From NCBI RefSeq assembly GCF_009914755.1, contig NC_060926.1: a stretch of 64,000 nt of DNA; one strand, 5' to 3'. This document shows, piece by piece, positions 51,243 to 61,468 of this stretch. This DNA is from the human T2T-CHM13v2.0 reference genome, Homo sapiens. Every line of letters begins with the position of its first letter. Position 1 is the stretch's first letter. The notes under the pieces were generated by a model, which was given only the letters and a program-made list of their open reading frames with translations, searched no databases and was not told where the DNA came from. The position numbers and the translations under genes are program-made.

Positions 51243-51594
51243 TAGAGTTGTTCTTTAACAGAATCCTAGGATTATTGTGGGAAGCAAGCTCAAGCCACTC
51301 CACGCTTTTCCCGCTCTACAACCAAAGAATGTAGAATATCTGTCTAAATTGGTCATGTTCACAGGCATCAATTAGATAATAATGCACTAGAAAATCATCT
51401 ATCCTTCTTTTGGTATTAAGTCTTTCAGGGATCTCTGTCTTCTTCCCAGGACTTACGGAGATGAAGACATGGCCGATTGTCTGCTTCCTTTTATCAATAG
51501 TCAGGCAGTATCATTCTTTCTACAAATCAGCTATACCTCATTGTCAGTCTTAATCTCTTTCTCAGTGCATTTTTTCTACATTGCTGACCCAAAT

Positions 51595-51885
51595 AATCTA
51601 TGCTAGCTGCTACAATGTTTCACTCCTGAAATCTCTCAGTAGCTGAACACAGTAAAAGTTTATTCCTGGCTCATAGAGAGTCTGATAGGACAGGATGTAT
51701 GCCTTATGGAAGAGAAATGAAAGAATGGAAGAATTACCCTGGTTCTAACTGCCCCAAAAGAATGGAAGAATTACCCTGGTTCTAACTGCCTCTGGCTGGT
51801 ACAGACATATATCACTTCCACTCACAGCCATTGGCCAGTCACCATGCGTCAGCCTCACTGCAAAGGAGGCTAGGAAACAGGAAGG
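51595..51885 (-). mobile_element. Old MLT1 (J/K/L-like) LTR fragment
   Basis: CTCAGTAGCTGAACACAGTAAAAGTTTATT...TCACTTCCACTCACAGCCATTGGCCAG...CTGCAAAGGAGGCTAGGAAA. Confidence 0.55.
51720..51790. repeat. Perfect 34 bp tandem duplication (period 37)
   Basis: AAAGAATGGAAGAATTACCCTGGTTCTAACTGCC at 51720-51753 and 51757-51790. Confidence 0.97.
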
Positions 51886-52171
51886 AACAAAGAATATTAC
51901 TTTTCTCAGTCAAACAGACTTGTGTGGCTACTATAGAGTCAGTTTCTCTTTCTCTCTCCCTACACCCATTTCTTACAAACAGATGTTTGCTTAGAAAGTT
52001 TTTGCACTTTCTATTGTTCCAGCATTTGCACACTCATTACCTCATTTAATCTTCTCAACAGCCAGGAGCAATGGGCTTTGATGAGTGTGAGTAATCTACG
52101 TAAAATCACAGCACCACTAAAGGGGTGATACAAAACTTTAACTGAGAGCCCCCTCCTCTACACTCTCCTTA

Positions 52172-52341
52172 CAGTAGTTCTCAATCTTCGGCCTGCATCA
52201 GAATCACCTGGAAGGTACTTTAAAGCACAGATAGGGCACTCTGCTCCCAGTGTTTCTGATTCCGTGGATTTACATTTCAAACAGGTTCACTGGCGATGCT
52301 GATGCTTCTGGTCTTGAGACCAAACTTTAGATACAGGGCTG
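52172..52341. mobile_element. MER5A (hAT-Charlie)
   Basis: CAGTAGTTCTCAATCTT...GCATCAGAATCACCTGG...GATGCTGATGCTTCTGGTC. Confidence 0.8.
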
Positions 52342-53564
52342 TCCTATATCACAGCAACTTCCATTAGTGAAAAACTAAAAGGCACTACCTATAATAAAGC
52401 ATTGAAACAAAGAACTCTTTCCAAATCAGAAATAATTCCTAGGGTATGGGACATGCTGTGAGTAATGTTTTCAGATACTTAATAGCTGCTTTCCTGAGAA
52501 GCTTTCATTTCTGATCGCCAAGATGCAGAGCAGAGGCTAGCTCCAGTTTCAGAGGAAATAAGGTCCATGGGACTGCCTCCTCTTCTTCTGGAGAAGGCAC
52601 TGCCAACCTTTTTCTCTAAGCATCCCATCTGCCCCAACCCACATTGAGCTCTGGTGTACGTGTTCCCTGTTTGGAGGGGAAAGAGAGCAGGAACAGTTTT
52701 TCATTTCTTTCTGCCCATGCCTCTGGCAGGCATAACCATGGCCCATCTGTTCTCTTCTCAGATTCAGCCCACCCTTGATCTTTCTTTTTCTTCTAGACTT
52801 CACACTTCCCAGAAGGACAGAATTATTAGCAGGTACTCCTCCTCAGCTATCAACTTCTCAGACTGTCTGAAATGCTTCCTCCCTCGACATTGCAAACAGT
52901 TTCCAAAAGTACAAGTCCCCAGGGGTTGGCAACAAAATCGCTGATTTATACATACGTACAACAAACCCTTCTTACTGATACACCTGGTTTTAAAGTAGTA
53001 AATGAATAATAATAAATAAATATGTAAGTAATTCAATTGTTTCTGTATTCAAACCAGTCTAACATGTACCATGAGAGAAATTAATAGAGACTTTTGTGCC
53101 TCACGTCATGTTTCAAAATCACTTGCCATCAAGAAATACCAAGATTTCCAAGAAGAAATATTACCTGATGAATCTGATGAACCATTTCCTAAAATTTTTT
53201 TCCTCACCATCCTATTTTACCACTCTGGATTTAGATAAACTCCCAGAAAGCTGAAGTACAGACACTTTGTGAGAAGTGAGCAGGCCTAGATGCAGTTCCC
53301 AGGGTCTGTAGTGTGAGAGAGAGTCAATAGAAGTTCCCTATACTTGTGCACAGGTGCTAGTGTTCAGGTAGCTTGGGGGATCAAGAAAGAAGAACCACAG
53401 TCCCAAAAGGGCTGTATAAGCTCCACCTCCCAATAAAACGTGATTGCTGTGTTCATTAGTGATGTCTGTGGCAGCATTGCCATACTGAGTCCCTGTCCAG
53501 CCATTTGTGGTGTGAGAGAGGGTAACTCCAATAAGAAGGATGAATCACAGACTAGGATGAATCA

Positions 53565-53912
53565 GTAATTTTATTCTCATTAGTCTCATTTCTTACACCT
53601 GGAATTTGTTCAAAGCCAGCCATGTCCCCATGATTCAGGTCATCTCACCCTGAATCTTAGGAAACAGGAGTAGGTTATCAGGCCTTGTTCTTTCTGGAAT
53701 TTGTTGGAATACCTGTATATTTCAATCTACCTCTTTTAAATCCAGAGATTAAAGTGAAATTCCATTTCTCTTTTTAATCCAGAAAGATATCACCTCTGCA
53801 TATTGGATATTTCAAACAAGACAAAGTAATTTTGGCTTTCTATATTCAACAGAATGGCTATCTACATGCTTTGTGTTGTTGTCACCAAAAGTGTCTCACA
53901 CAAAATTTTGAA
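53565..53912 (+). repeat. Local low-copy repeat, copy B (348 bp)
   Basis: Direct copy of 50093-50440 at offset 3472. Confidence 0.95.
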
Positions 53913-53939
53913 TGGAATCAAATTACTAAGGATGAATCA

Positions 53940-54115
53940 GTAATTTTATTCTCATTAGTCTCATTTCTTACACCTGGAATTTGTTCAAAGCCAGCCATGT
54001 CCCCATGATTCAGGTCATCTCACCCTGAATCTTAGGAAACAGGAGTAGGTTATCAGGCCTTGTTCTTTCTGGAATTTGTTGGAATACCTGTATATTTCAA
54101 TCCACCTCTTTTAAA
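53940..54115 (+). repeat. Local low-copy repeat, copy C (first 176 bp only)
   Basis: Tandem partial copy of B at offset 375, with one substitution relative to B. Confidence 0.95.
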
Positions 54116-54564
54116 AAGGTTAAAAATCACCTAGGCATATCCTGGAAATGGATAATGCTGCATAGAGAAAGTCTCAAAAAGTCATTTTTTAAAAAGCTCA
54201 ACTGGTTGCATTTCCTGTACCAGGAATGGAGTCAGGTAACTGTGAGGCAGAAGCAGAGGCTGGGACATATTCATATGAGATTGGGCTGGCTTTTGCTCAC
54301 ACAAACACACACAGAGAACTTTCCCAAATCTTCTAATCTTCCTAAAGGGTAACAGGCCAGAGTCTCTGGTGGATTCAAAGGAGGATGCTGTGGAGCTGTC
54401 ACTCATGCAAAGGGACTAATTCATTCAGACCACAGGACATTTGTAGTAGGAGGTGAAGCCGATTTGCCTGGGTGTTGAGTTGTTAGAGGGTGAGTAGAAA
54501 AGGAAAGAGAGAATTTTTAAAATATGAAATTCAATGCCTTTCTTTTCAAATTTGAAATTCTTCT

Positions 54565-55500
54565 ATTTCTTCATTTAGGTAACATACACTGAGTGATCAG
54601 CACTAAAGAAGATGCAGGCTAAGGCAAGGATGCTGGGGTTACCTTACAGGCAGATACGGGGCACAGTACGTACACACTCAACAGTAACAAATAGGGAAGT
54701 GATACATTCTTCAAGAAGGAAACAGACAAATTACGGAAGACCCTGAGGAGGAAACCTCATTTGTAAGTTTCAGGGAAGACTTGAGGAGGAAGTGATTCTG
54801 AGCAGAGGCTCGTGGCTTGGCTGACACCTTCAGCCACAGAGGTAACCAAAATGAGGGCTGGTGGAGGAAATCACCTAAGAAGAGGTTAAAAATCATAGGA
54901 AAACATTGGGTTGATTTGGGGGAAATGTTAAAAGTGCTATTAAGCTAGAGAATCTAAGGGAGAAATGGGGTATATAACTTGAAGAGAAAATTGGGACTGA
55001 CCTTAACTATTAAAATATGGCCTAGAGTTGATGGAATATGTACTAAGGGGACATCAAAAATAGGTAAGGAAAGAGCCTACCAAACTCTTCCTTGGAAGGT
55101 AATATAAAAGTTGAGGGATGAAAGGGAGAAGATTTTAGAACTGAACTAACAAATGGAAGGCTTTCTCAATGGTACATGTGCATATTCATGCAATCAATAA
55201 ATACTGAACCTTTGCAGGGCACGTGGAACAGGTGTTCAAGTTTTGTTCACTGATTAATTCATTCAAAAGTATTTCTAGAGAGTCAGTTTCCATTCTAGGT
55301 GCTGTGTATAGAGCTGTGAACCAGCAAACAAATACCTTGGCCCTCACAGAGCCTCTCCTTAGAGCAGGCACTGATTCTGCTTGGCCTTGGGGATCAGGCC
55401 TTCCTTTCCTCGTCAATGTTACTGTCTGAATCACAGAGATGTAAATGCTGGTTGTAGACTCTCCTGTGTCTCCTGGCACAAGCACATAAGTTCATGGATG
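54565..55500. mobile_element. L2 fragments in both orientations
   Basis: ATTCATGCAATCAATAAATACTGA, TTAATTCATTCAAAAGTATTT and CTAGGTGCTGTGTATAGAGCTGTGAACCAG are degenerate L2 3' motifs. Confidence 0.45.
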
Positions 55501-55734
55501 ATGCACTTATGAATCTTGTTAATGATAGAAACCCACTCATGACAAACAGGCTAAAAAATAAGCACACATGACCATGCAGACCAGCAAGTATAGACTTCTG
55601 TGATTTAGAGTAGGAACTAGGACACCAACCATCATGTGCATCCCCTTTTACTATAATTCATACTTCTAATAACAGTGTAACCATCATTGTTAGTGAAAAT
55701 TCATTCTAGTAATCTCAATATTCCATTAATAATG

Positions 55735-55880
55735 AAATTAACTAACATTTATTGAGTGTATACTGATTCCTGCTATTTTATTTAATCCTAATAATTCTGA
55801 CTGACTCAGGAAGGTTAAGTGACTTACCTAAGGTCATAAAACAGGCAATGGATTAAGCCTCGATCCTGATATAATTCTAT
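55735..55880 (-). mobile_element. MIR
   Basis: AACTAACATTTATTGAGTG...CTGACTCAGGAAGGTTAAGTGACTTACCTAAGGTCATA. Confidence 0.7.
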
Positions 55881-56271
55881 ATAACACCAGAGCCTGTCCT
55901 TTTGCATATTTGCAAGGCTGGTTGGTTTCTGTCACAGATCACACCATTCCATGGTGAATTTCTCTGACTTATCTGGTAATACTTACCACAGTGCCTGTCA
56001 ACTGTCCTTAGTCCTGTACTCTGGCCTCCACAGCAGTTATATAGTTCATACCATAATTCGTATAGTGCACATCTCTTTATTTTTGCTTTTAATTTTATCT
56101 GGATCCATCTTCTTCCCACAAGTACATAATAGGATATAATAATAGCACATCTGCATAATTTGTTATAAATGATAAACATTTTTGTGCATGTAATGTCAGT
56201 GGTGTTTTGCAATTATCCTGGAGGTGATTCAGTTCAGGTCTGTCTTCACATTTTAGTCTGAGACATAAAGG

Positions 56272-56281
56272 CACACATACA

Positions 56282-56324
<43 letters not shown>
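56272..56324. repeat. (CA)n microsatellite
   Basis: Directly visible. Confidence 0.95.
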
Positions 56325-56326
<2 letters not shown>

Positions 56327-56525
56327 TAGTTACATGTGTAAAGTCTTCTTCCATGTATTTCCAGTTCTATCAGTTCTACGTTAGACATTAGGAATAACAA
56401 AGAGCCTTTTAAGAGATTTAAATCTATCCTGAAGATCTCATGATCTGTGAGGATTGGGGGACATCTGAGCAGACAACTCTGATTTGATAAGTGGTAGGGG
56501 TTCTTGGGGAGGTAAAAGTTGACAC

Positions 56526-57066
56526 TTTATTATTATTATTATTATTTTAGATTCTGGGAATACATTTGCAGGTTTGTTACATGACTATGTTGAATAATGA
56601 TGGGGTTTGGGCTTCTAGTGAACCTATCACCCAAAGAGTGAACATTGTACCCAATAGGTAATTTTTCAACCCTCAAATCCCCTTCAATCCTCCCCTCTTT
56701 TGAAGCCTCAGTGTCTATTATTTCCATCTTTGTCCATGTGTACCCGTTGCTTAGCTCCCACTTATAAATGAGAACATGCAGTAATTGATTTCTGTTTCTG
56801 AGTTATTTCACTTAGGACAATGGCCTCCAGCTGCATCCAAGTTGCTGCAAAGGACATGATTCTTGTATGGCTGCATAGTATTCCATGGTATATATGTACT
56901 AGATTTTCTTCATCCAATCAGCCGCTGATGGACACTTAGATTGATTCCATGACTTCACTATTGTGAACAGTGCTGTGATAAACATACAAGTGTGGGTGTC
57001 TTATTTATATAAAGGTTTCTTTTCCTTTGGGTAGATACCTGGTGGTGGGATTGCTGGGTCTAATAG
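56526..57066 (-). mobile_element. L1PA16/17-like 3' fragment with (TTA)n tail
   Basis: GGTTTGGGCTTCTAGTGAACCTATCACCCAAAGAGTGAACATTGTACCCAATAGGTAATTTTTCAACCCT. Confidence 0.85.
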
Positions 57067-57488
57067 GCCTTGCAGTGGACCGCTCACATAAAATGTTCCA
57101 CTTAGAAACATTCTGAAGAATGTTGCCAGAATAAAAGAGGTTGTGATATTCGAGTTGAATCTCCAAGGAAAAATCAAAGACCCTTAGCTAATACTTAAAA
57201 TTCCCAGCTTCCTTAGGAAAGAAAGTCTACATGTACAGAGATTCTAGTTTGGGGTTTTCTCTCTGCCACTTGATTGTGGTGGACTTCCCTTCAAAATATT
57301 TTAATCTTTAAAATGGTAGGACTTATTTTTATTGACAGTAATTCCAAAAGGTGAGAAAATGAAAGCATCACATGTGTTTAAAATGCACAGCAGCAGTTTT
57401 AATCTATTCTAAACATCCTTTTATGAAAACACAAAACACAAATGTTTAGGACATGGGGAAATATAGCTCAGACCACCTAAGGCTAAAG

Positions 57489-57695
57489 TAGGGGTCAGCA
57501 AACTCACAGTCCATAGATCAAATCTGACCCACAGCCTGCTTTTGTAAATAAAGTTCTATTGGAACACAGCCATGCTCATGCATTTACATATTGTCTATGG
57601 ATGCTTTCATGCTACAGTTGTAACAGACCATATGGCCTGCAAAGCCAGAAATATTTGCTATCTAGACCCTGTCAGAAAAAGCATGCCAATTACTG
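57489..57695 (+). mobile_element. MER58A (hAT-Charlie)
   Basis: AGGGGTCAGCAAACT...TTTTGTAAATAAAGTTCTATTGGAACACAGCCATGC. 8 bp TSD-like flanks GGCTAAAG / GTCTAAAA. Confidence 0.88.
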
Positions 57696-57750
57696 GTCTA
57701 AAAAGTGGAAAAAGAGGTGGATATTAAACTTAACATTGTTAGTTAAGGGG

Positions 57751-58040
57751 CAGTGCTACTCAAAGTGTGGTCTGTGGAAAAGTGTCCCCATGCGATGCAA
57801 TAAACACAGAAATTAAGAGTAAAAATTTAAAAACGTCTCTAGCAATGTGACAAAGTATTTTAATGTCTGTTGAATCTATAGTAATTAAGATATTTGGCTT
57901 GTATTTTGCATTTCATTGTACTATTTTTCATGTTTTAGTAATCCTTCCTTTGCCATTTGTTTTTTTTGCACCAATGCTTTAAGAAACGAAAATTTAAAAA
58001 AAAAATATTTTTCACAACAAATAGTTTGAGAAACACCACC
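57751..58040 (+). mobile_element. hAT-Charlie MITE (MER5C-like)
   Basis: CAGTGCTACTCAAAGTGTGGTC...ATGTCTGTTGAATCTA...AGTTTGAGAAACAC. Confidence 0.65.
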
Positions 58041-58383
58041 CTAGAGCATAGGCAGCCAAAGCTATCCATCAAGTGGGCCAGAATTTACCAGTACAAAAAG
58101 CCCACGGTGTGGCATTTTTCCTGAAAAAAAAAAAAATGTAATCTGGAATACGTCAATACTTCTGTCTTTTAGTAGCTGAGAAAGCATTTATCTCAGCATT
58201 CAGTCATCTTAACCCTTCATCATAACATCAGTAAACCTCACAGTGACCATGTATGCTGCTTTCTTTAGGCAAGTTCCAAAGGGGAAATTAAAAAAATACA
58301 CAACAACAAAAAGACAACTAAACTTAAAAAACACATGGAATCTACTCTAATTCATCTTGCACTTGCACCTGAGTTCTCTAGTT

Positions 58384-58407
58384 TGTGTGTGTGTGTGTGT
58401 GTGTGTG
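58384..58407. repeat. (TG)n microsatellite
   Basis: Directly visible. Confidence 0.95.
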
Positions 58408-59716
58408 ACTTAACCTTAGAGGGTATCAATGGAGAAATAAGAGTCTATGACTCATAGAATTTCCAGTCTTTGGCCTCTTTATTAATATGCATTGATTTCA
58501 TGCTGGAACTTGATTTTAGACCAGTGGATATTAAACAGAAAAAGGTGCTACTCTTCTCTTTAAGTTTAAAAAACAATCTTAACAATTTGCAAGATAAGAA
58601 ATGTTGCTTCTGTGAGCCTAAAAATTACTTAGCAGTCATTCAAAGTCCTTCCAAAAGCCCAGTAGTCATAAACTTTTGTTGCCTATTGCTATCAATGTTA
58701 GTGGTTTAATACATAGTGCAGAATGAATTAATAACATCCAGTTAGACAATAACCCCAAAAGTGACAGCAGAGTACAGGAGGGATTTGTCTTCCAGGACTC
58801 TTGCTCCCATTGCAATATGCACATCTTGCATCCTAATCTAGTATATGCAGTTGCCTGGATTCATTTCTGCACACCAAAGCCTTCTGTAGGGAGAAGGTCC
58901 TTGCTGGGCACTGCTAGTAAACAAATTAGAGAAACTTCATTATGTTGTATGAAAGGCCTAGCATTTTTCTCCTACTGATTGTAGCTCAGTTCATCTAAAG
59001 GTCAGCTGCAAAGGGCTCTCTGCAATCACGGCTGCTGTATATGGAGGAGCTTAGTCATATTTAACACGGCAGCCTTGCTGTGGATAGTTCCTAAGAACTG
59101 GAACTCAGCCAGCCCTAGGACTAGATTGCTCTGTGTCTGTGTGCGTTTACTGGGCATATGTTCCTCAACTCACATCACTTGCAGCAGAGGAGGAGAACAG
59201 AGCAGGGAGCGGGGTTCTGTAACTGCAAACACAGCTGCTTTTGAGGAAGCAATTTCTAATTAATTCACTATTAGGAGTAACTACTTCCCCCTACTCTCAT
59301 GAAATAAACCCCTTTTAAGTTTTACATAATTGATATTTAAAAAATTGTTTATAAGTGCCAAGTTAAGGTAGCATTTGGCAAGTACTTCCAATTCAGATAC
59401 TTTTAAGATGACATCAATTGTATTAAGAGCACCTCTAGGCTTGATTGAGGAGCCGTTTGAATTTCTTGGTTGAGTGTCCTTCAAGCCAAGATGAGCAGCT
59501 CATGCTTGCATCTTCGCAAAGTGCTCACCTAAAAGCTGATGTCTATCATCTCTCCTCATCCACTATTAAGAGCGCTTCCTAACCCTCTACAGAGATGATT
59601 CTAGGACCTGACTTGAACATTAAGATATCTGGGTAGCCTCAGGTAAATGTTTTAATCCTATTGGATCACTTTTTCCTTAGCGTAAAATAAAGAATTGTCA
59701 TTACTGCGTCCTTAAT

Positions 59717-59832
59717 TAGGTGCTAATATAGTTAATCATCCTAAGAGAAACAGTTTTGAGGGGGTAAGTGGACGCTGGGATAGCAGGGCTATATCAGGAG
59801 TATTTCAGGCAAACTGAAATATATGGCCTTCT
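59717..59832 (+). mobile_element. MER81-like (hAT-Blackjack MITE)
   Basis: ATATAGTTAATCATCC...TTTTGAGGGGGTAAG...CAGGCAAACTGAAATATATGG follows the recalled MER81 layout. Confidence 0.55.
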
Positions 59833-60115
59833 TTCTAATGCCAAGTATTTAAGGAAACTACGATGTTTAGATATGGTTTTAAAGTCCTATTCAACACAGA
59901 CTAACTTCACTCTCATTACCATCCTTATCTTCTTTTAGAACCCTTTAACTAGTTCTTTCCTAAAAGCATAGTGCCAGGCTAAAAATAATAACTAATTGCA
60001 ACAGAGGAAAAAGTCAACTGTCTAAAAAATAATAATCAGAAGAATTGCAGGAAATGTATAAAGCTATGAATAGCCATCTTATTCAAGAGAGTTTCAGAGT
60101 ACTTTTAAATAGAAA

Positions 60116-60160
60116 GTGTGTGTGTGTGTCTGTATGTGTATGTGTGTATGTGTGTGTATG
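60116..60160. repeat. Imperfect (TG)n/(TGTA)n microsatellite
   Basis: Directly visible. Confidence 0.9.
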
Positions 60161-61274
60161 AATATATATTGGCACATGCCTGAGAATTAAGGTCATTAGT
60201 ACAATGCCAAAGTCCTAGGTAGATTAGAGAAGCTGTTGCATCAGTGCATTGATCTGGATGCTCTGTGCTTTGCTACCACAACAGTTTCCTGTTGCATAAG
60301 ATTCTACGTTAGGAAATAAGTTGAATTTTGTGGTAACTTTCTGATTAAGTAGTGCATCCAGTCTAGACCTCAGCTCATTAGGTATAAAGAGCACTTTTCT
60401 AAACCTGAGTTCTAAGATTCTGAAATCCATAGTAGGGCTACTTCATGAAAGGTGTACTTCAAAGGTATACTCCAAATGGTCTGTTATTTTTTGTAAGTGT
60501 AAACATCTTACATAGCCACGGCACATTTGCCAAAACTATGAAGTAAACGTTGGTATATTACTACTGCTCACTAAATTACAGACTTTGTATTAATTATAAT
60601 TTTTAAAATTCTCTTTTGTGTACTTTGGCTCTCCATTAAGCATTTGCTTTTAGAAATACCTTGATCTCTCCGAAAGTTATTTAAGCGTAGCTCAAATACA
60701 GGGAGAAGCAGATAGCAGTAACAAAAGAGTTAATTTCAATATCGGGAGAATCGCTTTTTCCTGCTGAGATTGCTGCCGTTGGGTAGTCACGTGTGTATGG
60801 GATGAGGGGTGGTATTTGTTTTCTCCCCTTTAACCAATTTCACAATTGAATGAGCCTCAAGCTTATCTCTTGCCTCAGCAACTCAGAGAGACGCCCACCA
60901 CAGAGCTGTACCCAGCACTTACTGATAATCTAAGTACTGTATGTAATGGTTCCCTGTGTGTTCCCAGGGGACTCTCTACAGAGAGTCAGGAGGCAGTGAC
61001 GCAGAGCCTCCATTTCCAGATACAGCCATGCTTGTCTTTAGTCAAATTGTGCTTTCTTTCCTTTTTTTTTCTTTCCCGAAATCCTGCCCATTTCATCTTC
61101 CAAATCACTGTCTTTATGCTTCCTTTACCAAAAGAGTAGAGCAGACTCTCATCTCTCAAGTGGCAAGGAACTAGACACCAGAACTTGTGGCTAGAATCCT
61201 ATTTTGGCTGCATAACTATTGTTATGAGACTGTATTTACAGCTACTGAGAACAGTAGCACTTGGCTCCCTGGCA

Positions 61275-61468
61275 GGCAGTAGCAGTGGAAAGAACACTGA
61301 GTTTAAAGGCCCTGAAACTGGCGTTTGAATTCAGGCTTGAACACGTATCCACCGTGTGGCCTTGAGGAAATGGCCTACCTTCTCTGCACCCCAGCAGCAT
61401 CTGGTGTTACGTGGCAATCGCAATGCTCACTTGTGGAGTTGTGAGGAGTCAGTCAAATGGTGTGTACT
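61275..61468 (+). mobile_element. MIR
   Basis: CAGTGGAAAGAACACTGAG...TTTGAATTCAGGCT...GTGTGGCCTTGAGGAAATGGCCTACCTTCTCTG. Confidence 0.6.

Noticed and set aside
53537-53939. Repeat-spacer (CRISPR-like) reading of the AGGATGAATCA copies
   Set aside because: There are only three 11-mers with irregular spacing, in primate DNA with no cas-like ORFs. They are better explained as duplication junctions.
60740-61010. Possible promoter or CpG island (CACGTG, TGACGCA and scattered CpGs)
   Set aside because: CpG and GC content look too low for an island, and no core promoter can be supported from sequence alone.
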